NCBI GenBank assembly: GCA_964016885.1
Contig: OZ024740.1
Coordinates: 305,226,001 to 305,290,000, forward strand
Direction: 5' to 3'
DNA: 64,000 bases
Source: Eledone cirrhosa
Lineage: Eukaryota
Shown piece after piece: positions 27,804 to 38,670 of the stretch. The notes under the pieces were generated by a model that was given only the letters and a program-made list of their open reading frames with translations, ran no database searches and was not told where the DNA came from. The position numbers and the translations under genes are program-made. Numbering within the stretch: the stretch's first letter is position 1; each line of letters opens with the position of its first letter.

Positions 27804-28061
27804 TGTATATATGTATGTCTATGTATGTATGTATATATGTATGTCTATGTATGTATGTGTATCTATATATATGTATGTGTATGTGTATGTATGTGTATAT
27901 ATATAAACTATATATATATATATATAGTTCAAGACAGATACATTATGCAGTCTTGTTATAAAATCTTTATATATTTATATATATAGATATATTATGTGTC
28001 TATTTGTGAACATATGTAGATGTATATGTTTATGCATGTACCTATACATCAGTGGGTGTAT

Positions 28062-28120
<59 letters not shown>
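25686..28120. repeat. ~2.3 kb compound (TATG)n/(TA)n microsatellite
   Basis: Seen directly; it produces the spurious 730-760 aa ORFs. Confidence 0.97.
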
Positions 28121-28554
28121 GCTGCAGCCCTAATTGCTATAAATAATACTAATGATACAAGTGTGTTGAGTACAGAAATAACATATACCCCCATAGTCCA
28201 AGGAGAAACTCCAAAGACATGCATAATTGTTCTGGAAATATTTTCTGCACGTTGTTGGAAATTCTATATTTTCATGCACCTTGTTAAACACCTTTTTTCT
28301 ATTCACCAATTTTCCCCTCTGAATTTATAAGATCTTTTTAAGATATACTGTATTTTGATTTTATTTTTTTTATATATATACATATATATAAATATAAAAT
28401 ATTTGTATTTTTTTAATTGAAAAACGTCAGATGAAAATTAGCTTTAAACATAATAAAGAACTAATCAGCCAAAATTGGTTTTCATAGTTTTATTTGCTTC
28501 AGTAATATAGTAACTATTTTTCTTTTTAGCATTATATAATAGGCAATGCAAATT

Positions 28555-28770
28555 TTGGTGTGGTTTGGCAGAATTACTAGAATGTTGAACAAAATCCTCA
28601 TAACATTTTGTTGCATTCATTTTTGCTTTCAAATCCCATCAACATTGACTTTGCCTTTCAAACCTTACAGGATCAATAAAATATATACCCGTGAATTACT
28701 CGGGTCAATAATTGACTGACCCCTTTTCTTTAAACATTGTGGCCTTGTGCCTACACTAGAAATTTTTATT
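28555..28770 (+). mobile_element. Decayed tRNA-derived SINE (same family as 56955-57358)
   Basis: ttcaaatccc...gactttgcctttca...ggatcaataaaat...ggccttgtgcctacactagaaa. Confidence 0.6.
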
Positions 28771-29399
28771 TTTATTTATTTTCCTCAAAATGTTTTTTTG
28801 CTGTGTTAACTGAGTAAATAGGAAAATCTAAAGATTTCTTTCTTCCTTTTATTTATTTTTTTATCCAATTTGTCTAGTGGTTTAGCTCCCCAGTGTCATC
28901 CATTTTCCCATTTTTTTAAAACTGATTTTGCCTGGTAGTTGTAGTGGTGGTAGTCGTTGTGGTAGTAATAGTAGTGGTAGTGGTAGTAGTTTGTTTTATC
29001 TAGCACCCCCCCCCCCCCTCACTTGGAATTTGCAGATTTCTTTCTCTCTCTTTGTCTTTCTTTCTCTCATTTTTCTGTTATGTCCTAAACTTCAGCACCA
29101 ACATATATATTCTTCTTTCTTTGCCTGCTAAGAACTCTTTAAAAACTTAGTACTGAAGTACTTTGTGATAAGAACTGTATAAAACAGACATGCAAGAGTC
29201 ACACAATCTCAAAAGTACCAAGTATTCCATCTTTTGTATTGTTGCCTGATCCATAAATATCGCTGTTGAATTTCTCTTTTGAATAGTTTTTTAAGTTCCC
29301 TTTTATTGCATTACATTACCAACCAAATTATTGACTGTTTCAATAATCTTACATTGGTAGTGGTAATATATTTAATTAGCAACAGGGGTTTGAAGAAAC

Positions 29400-29550
<151 letters not shown>

Positions 29551-30416
29551 ATCAACCTATTTATTCAGCATTACCAGAAAACCTTTAGCCTTCCTTCTTT
29601 GAAGAAGAGCCCTGTCCAAAATGTTCAACTTCAAATCTTCCATCACAGCAGGCATGCCCATACATTCATATTTGCAGTTTAAATATGGCTTAATTTGATG
29701 AGTGGGTAACAAAAATAATTTGTCAACTGTATTTTACTTGGATTCCAACACCATTAAAAAAATAGCAATCAGGAAATTGGTTACTATATTGATTCTTATG
29801 ATGTTTAGTAAGTAATAAATGACATGATTCATGATATAACTTCTGGCAATTAAAATCTCTTGCAATGTCATTAATGTTAAATTTTCAGTCTCTTATAATT
29901 TAGAAAATCATCTCAATCCCTTTCCTCTGCATTTATTTTGTCACTTTCTCTTTCTCTTCCTGAATTTTAAGATTTTTTTTTTGTTGCTTTGCCTGCCATT
30001 TTTGATTTTGCCTTTTTTTCTCCCCTCAAACACTCAGATTTGTTTTAGTTGACAGTTATTAAATGTTACTATTGTTATAGAGTTGTTGATAGTTTCAATA
30101 TAAACAAATCCCATGTACTTAATTTATTATCAAGCTACTTTAAAAAAAAGAAGTGCATATTGAATGAACTTGATATATTCTTACATCGTTTTTACATCGT
30201 CAGTTTTAAAATATCTGGAACATTCTTTGCATACAGTGCTATGTATGCAACGTTTCTTGTTGTAAAAAGAAAAAAAAAACAATGCATTTTTCACTTTTTT
30301 GTAAAAGTGTTGTTATGTTTTTGTTTTCATTTTGTTTGTTTTGTTTTTTTTTCTCTAAATTTAAAAGAAAACTTACATGTGGATATTTATCTAATTATAT
30401 TGTATGTCTTGTACTG

Positions 30417-30422
30417 AATAAA
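30417..30422 (+). promoter_or_regulatory. Candidate distal polyadenylation signal for calcineurin B
   Basis: AATAAA with upstream TGTA motifs and U-rich runs and a downstream T-rich element. It sits at the boundary where TE-dense sequence resumes. Confidence 0.4.
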
Positions 30423-30479
30423 AAAGTTCAACTGTTTTATTTGGATTTTACATTTTCATTCCTATTTCATAATGCATGA

Positions 30480-31206
30480 GAGATTAGGGCACTGATATTC
30501 TTCCTACCTTTATGGCAGTGCTACCGAGGAGCTCTACCAGTTCGAGACAAGCTCTACAGACATGGGCGCCTGGGCAGGGACCCTGCAAAAAAGATCTGTC
30601 CAAGGTGCGTGCGAGACGAAGAAACCGTCGTGCACGCATTCATACACTGCCCGGGCATCACTGACCTGTGGGGCTATGTAGAACGACTATTGTCGCGGGT
30701 GGGACCAATCCGGTTGACCACCAAGTCCATTGTCATGATCAAACCACTACCCTCCTTCAAAAACGAAGGAGAGCCGGTTTTCCTTTGTGTGATAGCTATG
30801 GCGAAAGAGGTTGTATGGTGGACAAGGTTGAAAAGGCTGAGGTCAGACACCTTTCTCTCCGGCCAACAACTGATTCTTTTTTTCAAATACCACTTTGGAA
30901 GAAGAATCAGGATGGAGAGAGAGGTGCTGTACCCCAGGTGGGTGAAAGTGGCGAGAATGGGCCTTCTCTCTATATCAGCCTGTAGGTTGAGGAAAAGGAG
31001 TACAAACTCTTCGTACTCCTGGAGATGAGGGTTGCACATTTTTTCGGGGGTATGTGTTACCCATATGAACTGTCTCCTCCTATTGGGCAAAATCGACTAA
31101 TTTTTAAATTGCATTTGTGATAATATTTTACACGTTTTTATTGTATGTAAACTTCCCCCTTTGTATTTGTCCCCTTCTTTTATGCCCTTGTGGCTAATAA
31201 AGAAAC
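30480..31206 (+). mobile_element. L1/Tx1-clade LINE 3' fragment
   Basis: LPVRDKLYRHG...CPRCVRDEETVVHAFIHC (C-terminal CCHC zinc knuckle), ending in aataaagaaa. Confidence 0.85.
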
Positions 31207-32438
31207 ATACCTTTAATTGACATACACTTGTACAATATTTGGCAAGTACAATGAAATGTATCATTTGCTGAGGAATTTAATAAAAGCAAAACAAGTCTAG
31301 AGTTGTCACCCATACTTACCAAAATAACTATTTTTTCCAATAACTAATTTCCAATTATATATTTACTACTCATTAGATTAAATATACTTACACTAACTTA
31401 ACTTGTTTTTCATGTGGATGGCTTCTGACATCTGAATTATTAACTTCAATGATTTGTCTTTTAATCCGGCCAGAATTCTCTCACCTCTTTCTGTTCAAAC
31501 CTGCTGTAATTGGATGCTCATACTTATGTTGTGGTATTGTTCTCAAAATAAATATAAAAATCTCAGATTCAATATTATGTGAGATAAAGTGTTTACCATG
31601 AAAATACAATAGTAAATATAGAGTAATGTAAATGCTAAAGGGTTAAATAATAAAATATTATCTTGAATATGTAATACACAGACACTTTTTAATGGAATCT
31701 CACAGTCAAAATATTTTCTGTTTGGATAAGTTTGATGTGAAATACCAGACATCAAATGCACTTCAAATCTACTGGCAATGCTGATAAGGACTCTGCTCTG
31801 AAATTGGTTTCTAGAAATGTTTCCATCAGTAGATTTAAACTAAGAAACTGAATATAGATCCATTCTTGTGAGGTCCATGTTCATCTCAATGACTGATTTC
31901 AAGGTTATATAAGGCCACCCAACTCATTTCTTTGCATTCAGCATCCAGGGGAGCAATCTTCAGCAGGTTCATCATGGTGTGTGACATAATATTGTAATTT
32001 CATGAGAAATTGTAAGATCTAACATTTAAAAAGTGTGCAATAGAAATATATTTTCAATGTTGACTTAACCTTTCACTTGGCTTTAAATAAAATATATTAT
32101 TTAACCGGCATGTTCGATTTATTTTAAATTTGGTTCCGTTAAGTTCTAGGGACATGGATGAGAGGTGGAGTGTTAGGGTGTCAGCGTAATAAATACCTAT
32201 TATCAATTATTTTTTATGCTGATTTCATTTTATTTAGAGAATCTTTCTGTTTACAAAAAATATTACTGACACATCAACAATGTTTATATTTACTGATGTT
32301 TTTATTCTGTTACATCATATTTACATTATACATAGATATTTATACATACATATACTATATAGACTCTTGTTGATTTTGATGGATGACTTCTTCAATCAAC
32401 AGAACTACCTACTTTTCAATTATAATGAAATGACTGGT

Positions 32439-32830
32439 GGAGGCACATGGCTTAGTGGTTAGAGCATTGGCCTTGCAATCGAAAGGTTGTGAGTTCAATT
32501 CTCAGACCGGGTGATTTGTTGTTTCCTTGAGCAAGACACTTTATTTCACATTGCTCCAGTTTACTCAGCTGTAGAAATTTACAATGAGTGCTGGGTGCTT
32601 TTTTGCTGTGGCACCTCCACGACCACTTTGCAGTGGAATGATAGGGACTGGGGTCCCTATCATTCCACTGCAAAGTGGTCGTGGAGGTGCCACAGCAAAA
32701 AAGCACCCAGCACTCACTGTAAATGAGGTTGGTGTTAGGAAGGGCATCCAGCTGTAGAAATCAAGCCAGAATCAGTTCCCGTCCCACCCTTTCAAGCAGG
32801 GAAAAAGCGGACGTAAAATGAAATGATGAC
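32439..32830 (+). mobile_element. CORE-type tRNA SINE with an RTE-derived tail, carrying an internal fold-back palindrome
   Basis: A box tggcttagtgg; B box gagttcaattc; CORE-like ccttgagcaagacactt...cagtttactcagctgtagaaat; tail shared with the RTE 3'UTR. Confidence 0.9.
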
Positions 32831-33119
32831 TGCAGATGGGAGAATGGCTAAACTGATCACCTATGAAGCAGGTACACATTGTTCAGCTAGATAAAACAAT
32901 CAGTAACTACTGTTCCTAGAAAGCTCAAGTAATGTTGAATTAAGTCTTTCTGTTGTTCCCCAAAACCACATATTTCCACAAAGTAGCAAAAATCACACCT
33001 AAAATTCAGTGAGGCTCATATAGACTGGACCCTTGCTGAGGAAAATTTTGTGGTGTTGATGGATAAATACAAATTCAATTGGGATTGATTTGGATCTGAT
33101 GGAAAGTTATACGATGTTA

Positions 33120-36100
33120 TACAAGGTTACAAAAGTAACGGTACTGATTTTCCTATGTACAACATAGTAATTGTTGATGTATATAGGTGTGTTGGTTATG
33201 ACCTTGGCTGTACATGCATATTTATTTCAACATGATCAATTGAATCAGTCGTGTGTTAATGCAGTTTATTTACAGACATGTTTATAACCTCTGTTATGTT
33301 TGTGATGCAGAAAAATATCAAATAACGGTACACGATCAAATTTAATTCTTTAACACAAGCTTATAGAGATGCCACTCTAGCAAGAAGTAAGGTGTTTAAG
33401 TGGCACAAAGCTTTCAAAGAAGGCTGAGAAAATATTGAAAATAGATCGATCCAATAGAGGGACCAGCAGTGTTAGTTGAAGGTAGTATAATAAGTAAGGC
33501 AATCAAAGATATGAAGACGGGTAAGGCGGCTGGGCCTTCGGAAATAGTTGCTGAGATGCTGAAGGCATCTGGTTCGGTGGGACACACCATGGTCACCCGG
33601 ATAGTTAACCAAGTCGTACAGAATGGGGTTGTTCCGAAGGAATGGCGTAGCAGCATCATCGTTAACTGCTATAAGGGAAAGGGAGATGCCCTAGATAGGA
33701 GTAACTATAGAGGCATTAAATTAATCGACCAGGTCATGAAGGTCACGGAAAAAGTAATAGCGCAACTAATCAGAGAGAGAATTGATCTAGATGAAATGCA
33801 GTTCGGGTTTGTGTCAGGCAAAAGTACCACAGACGCTCTTTTCATTGTACGACAACTACAGGAGAAGTACCTAGCTAAAAGTAAACCCCTATACTTAGCT
33901 TTTGTCGACTTGGAGAAAGCCTTCGACAGAGTCCCCCGTTCCATTATCTGGTGGTCTCTTAGAAAACTAGGTGTTGACGAATGGCTTGTGAGAGCTATAC
34001 AAGCCATGTATAAAGAAACAGTCAGTAAGGTTAGAATTAACAACGAATATAGTGAAGAGTTTAGCGTAAAAGTTGGTGTCCATCAGGGCTCTGTACTTAG
34101 CCCCCTACTATTTATTATTGCCCTTCAGGCTATAACAGAGGAGTTCAAGACCGGCTGCCCATGGGAACTCCTATACGCAGATGATCTAACGCTCATAGCT
34201 GAATCAATGACCGAACTAGAGAAGAAATTCCAAACGTGGAAGCACGGCCTAGAATCAAAAGACCTTAAAATTAACCTGGCTAAGACTAAAGTTCTAGTTT
34301 GTAGGAAAGAAAATAAGGCGGCGGTCCCATCGGGGAAATGGCCATGCTCAGTGTGTAGGAAAGGCGTAGGTAGAAACTCCATTTTATGTCCCAAATGCAA
34401 AGTATGGGTGCATAAAAGATGTAGTGGGATCACAGGTAAGCTAACTAAGAACATAGATTTTACATGTGGCCGGTGCTCTGGTGCAATAAGTAGCAGCAAG
34501 TGCCCACAAAATACTAGCTCCTTCAACTGCGCAGAGGGTTCTATAGAAATAGTGGACAGCTTCCGTTATCTGGGTGACAAAATCAGCAGTGGGGGAGGGT
34601 GCTCTGAAAGTACAGTAGCTAGAGTCAGAACTGGATGGAAAAAGTTCAGAGAGCTTATACCACTATTAGCCGCTAGAGGGTTCTCCCTAAAAATGAAAGG
34701 CAGGTTATACGATGCCTGCATACGAACAGCAATGCTGCATGGCAGTGAGACCTGGGCATTCTGTGCAGAGGATATACGCAGACTAGAGAGGAACGAAGCT
34801 TGCATGCTCCGCTGGATGTGCAATAGTAATATACGCGAACGGCAAAGCATAAACGAACTAAGGAAAAAATTAGAAATAAGAGGGATCAGATGTTGTTTAC
34901 TCGAGAGAAGGCTACGTTGGTACGGTCACGTGATGCGCATGAAAGACGACAGCTGTATAACAAAGTGCAGGGCAATAAAGATAGACGGTAGTCACGGAGT
35001 AGGCAGACCCAGAAAAACATGGGACGAGCTGATAAATTCCGACCTCACACGCTTACACCTCTCCAAGACAATGTCACTGGACCGAGACCTTTGGCGGTAC
35101 TCAGTAATAGAGAAGACCCGCCTTACCTAAATACAAAGTAAAAACCTACTACAGTCAGTAGGCACCTCTATCAAAACACACCCCCGTCCCACCACCTCCA
35201 CCCCACCCACACCGCCCCTTTCAATGTAAAGTTATGTTGGTCCCACAACATCCAGGCCAAAACAAATGAGATCGTGTAGGTGTCACGACAAAAAACACAC
35301 AGTCCACGCTGTAAATGTGGCCGTGTAGGCAACACGGTAAAAACCTCCCAGCCCCACACTGTAAATGTGGTTGGTGTTAGGAAGGGCATCCAGCTGTAGA
35401 AAACCCGCCAGACAGTCCACGCTGTAATGTGGCTGTGTAGGCAACACGGTAAAAACCTCCCAGCCCCACACTGTAAATGTGGTTGGTGTTAGGAAGGGCA
35501 TCCAACTGTAGAAAACCCGCCAGACAGTCCTATGCGAGCAAGACAACCACTCTTGCCTCAAGTGGGAAAACCCCCGTCCAAACCCATGCAAGCGTGGAAC
35601 ACGGACGCTAAACCTGATGATGATGATGATGATGATGAAACCTCATTCTGGAATGCCAATCTCATCAACAAATGAACAAAATGTAGAAGTGGTGTGAGCA
35701 GTGATGGAGAAAGATTGCTAATTAAGTGAAAGGATGATTGCAGAAGAAACAGGCTTGGATAAAAATGCAGTTCACAGAATTTTGTGGGACCATAGAAAAC
35801 ATAGAAAAAATTGTAACCAATAAACTAAGGACACTTACAGAAAATGAGTTCTGATACTGTTACAATCAATGGAAAAAACATTGGAGCCACTAGGGTCATA
35901 TTTTTAAGGAAATAACATGTAATTTCATGTACATCTAATGTTTATTTATATACTCTATCTGTCACCTCGAAAATACACGGTGTTCCCTTTTCTCTCTCTC
36001 TATATATATATATGAACATATCTCTCGTTTGGCGCTCTTCACTCTCTACATAAAGTGATCCAGAGATAAAATGGCAAAATGAGAAGTGGCACACAAAAAA

Positions 36101-36660
36101 TTTTCCATCTCAGAAGAAAGCATACATGAGTAGATCCAGGGTGAAAATGATGATTATCATTTTTTTCAACTGCCGTGGTATTGTCCACAAAGAATCTTTA
36201 CCTCCAGGACAGGCAGTTAATCACAACTTCTCCAAAGATGTCTTGGAACGATTTCAAAAATGAATCCAAAATTGCAGGAAATTGGGTATTGCACCAGGAT
36301 AACATTCTTGCTCACACAACACTTTCAATTAGAGAATTTCTGGTGAAGAAAAACGTTCCCACTCTTCCACATCCTCCCTACAGCTCAGATCTAGCTCCAT
36401 GTGATTTCTACACCTTCCCTAAATTGAAATTGAAGTTGAAAGGTCATTGTTTTGGGACTGTGGAAAACATACAAAAAACTGTAACTGGTGAGCTACAAAC
36501 ACAGAAAATTACTTACAGTACTGTTACCATCAATGGAAAAAACATTGGAGCCACTGTGTAACTTCTCAAGGGTTGTATATTGATAGAAATAACTTCTAAT
36601 AACGTCTAATATACATTTAAATAAAACATCAGTAGCGTTATATTTGTGACAAATCTTGTA
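33120..36660 (+). mobile_element. Mariner (DD34D-type) transposon remnant, interrupted by an RTE LINE
   Basis: TIRs tacaaggttacaaaagtaacggtactgat / atcagtagcgttatatttgtgacaaatcttgta. Transposase pieces AYRDATLARSKVFKWHKAFKEG, PHSGMPISSTNEQNVEVV and LHQDN...HPPYSSDLAPCDF. Confidence 0.9.
33441..35638 (+). mobile_element. Young 5'-truncated RTE LINE; uninterrupted 553-aa RT ORF (33469-35130), 3'UTR and (TGA)n tail
   Basis: FVDLEKAFDRV, GVHQGSVLSPLLF, LLYADD, FRYLG, RRLRWYGHV and GRPRKTW; ends ctgatgatgatgatg. No endonuclease domain is present. Confidence 0.97.
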
Positions 36661-38450
36661 TTTTATCCACAGAATATCTTGAAGAGAGGTAAAGGTCTGC
36701 AGAGATTTCTCAGCTCAACTTTCTGACCCTATTCACCATATAACTGGCATCGTGGATCAAGAAGTTATACTAACACATCTTAAGAGATACTCATTTTCCC
36801 TATTCTGGTGAACACGTGTTGCTCAAAAACAACTTGATACATGAAAACCACAAACATACAACACAGTTAGTTAGGCAGTTAATTTATAATGGTTACTGGC
36901 TTTAAACTTCTTTAAATGCTTGGAGAACTATAATAAACAGAAGGAGGCAAAGAACTGAGCTCTAATATACACCAATCTAAATTTATTGTTGCACTTATTA
37001 CTAAATCTGAACCTCTGTATATTGCTTCTATGATTCTCATGAGTAATTTGTCTATCCCTAGTTTTCTTAGAAATCACCAGACTGCAGAGCATTGAACCTT
37101 GTCAAAGGTCTTCTCTAGTTCAGTGAAGATGTGTGTGTGTTTGAGGCGTCCCACTATAGATCAAAGTATCAATAGGTTTGTCATTTTACACCAGTCATTC
37201 AAAGTTAAGTAATTCTAACTACAACACAAACCTATTTTGCAGAACACAAAAAATTTATGCTATTTGAAATTAGCTTTTTTGAAGATAGTGTCATATTACT
37301 GACCTAATTCAGATGAAAGAGTGTCAACCTATTCTCTAAGGCTGCAATTTGCATTTATTTCTATTTTTTTTATGTTGCTTTGTATTGTTTTTTTTTTTCA
37401 AGATATTTTCCAAGAAAATTGATTTCATCATGTCACAAAAACGTCGCTCATCTATTGGTGTAGTTACAATGTCCACCAAACGGTTGAAATCTTCAAGCAA
37501 AAGAAAAACTCAGAGACGGGGAAACAAAAAGATTAAGAGAACAAGAAAGACGATCACAACAAATGGAGGCTGAATATGAAAATCACAGAGAGGCAATGAG
37601 AGTTGCGATGGAAACGGACACAAAGGACTCTTCAAGGCAAAATAAACTGGCTAAGAACTGCGTTTTCATATGATCCATCGAGAAATTATAGAAATGATCC
37701 TAAAGTCGCGATTGTTAGCATGGATATTATATGGAGTAGTTGTGGAGCAAATAAATGGAAAGGAGAAACACTTGGCATGTGATGCTTTGGAGGAAAGTCA
37801 GATCGCCACTGATAGAAGACCCTCCACCTGTTATTCGTATACTGCTTGCAGCCCATACTATCGAAGCTAAACATTTCAGGGGCAATGTTATGCGATATAA
37901 TGCTGCATTTCAGATGACGTCCTTTGGAGCTGAAAAAGATCATACTGACTATAGGTATTTCACATTTAAAATCCAAGGACAATGTTACCATTTAATCGGC
38001 AGTTTACTCCGCTAGCCTAATGAGGAACCAGAGTTCTTTCAAGTTTACTTTTGGGGCAACAACAAACAAGAAGCTATTCAACAATGCAGAAATATTTCTG
38101 GTGGTATTCAGGTACAAGTTATCAGCAGCCTGCAAAATATGCTTCATGAAAACCATCATTACATAAGAGCATTCAAATTTGCCTTAGAAAAAAAAAGGCA
38201 AACCCCATGTATAAAATTACTATTAGACCTGATAAAAAACTAGCAAAAGAACACAAAAGACGTTGCAACAAACCACTGGAAGACGAAGTGGCTGTTCTGA
38301 TAGTCAATGAACAACATAAATCCAGAGACATCATTGTACAGCAGAGATCTGACCAATTACGAAGAATTTCAGAGACTCACAGAGCATATGACGCTTTTCA
38401 GTATCCTTTGATTTTTCAGAGAGGTCAGGATCGGTACAATTTCGCCTTAA

Positions 38451-38670
38451 CCCTTTAGCATTCACATTACTCCATATAAACTATTATATTTTCATGGCAA
38501 AGGCTTTACCCTGCATAATATCTCACATAATATTGAATCTATGAGATTTTGAAAGTATTTATTTTTGAGAACAATACCTTAACATCAGTATGAGTGGCCA
38601 GTTACAGCCAGATTCAACAGAAAGAGGTAGAGAATTCTGGCCTGTTTTGGCCGGTTTGAGCATTAAAGGG
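38451..38670 (-). mobile_element. piggyBac-type MITE inserted in the Helitron ORF
   Basis: TTAA duplicated at 38447-38450 and 38671-38674. Removing the insert restores YNFALRQVNP. Confidence 0.92.

Noticed and set aside
25685-27986. 733-758 aa ORFs (and similar ones at 20991-21906 and 43901-45376)
   Set aside because: They are stop-free translations of TA/TG microsatellites (Y/I/M/C/V/H/T repeats) in all frames; not genes.
29592-29630. Possible sixth hammerhead (ttTGAAGAagagccctgtccAAAATGTT)
   Set aside because: Both core boxes are mutated and the stems do not pair; at most a dead remnant.
32439-32512. tRNA gene
   Set aside because: A and B boxes are present, but the sequence continues into a CORE domain and a LINE-derived tail and recurs at 45275-46334; it is a SINE head.
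33469-35130. Host gene or autonomous active LINE
   Set aside because: The ORF is open but 5'-truncated (no endonuclease, non-ATG start) and sits inside a mariner remnant; it is a dead-on-arrival copy.
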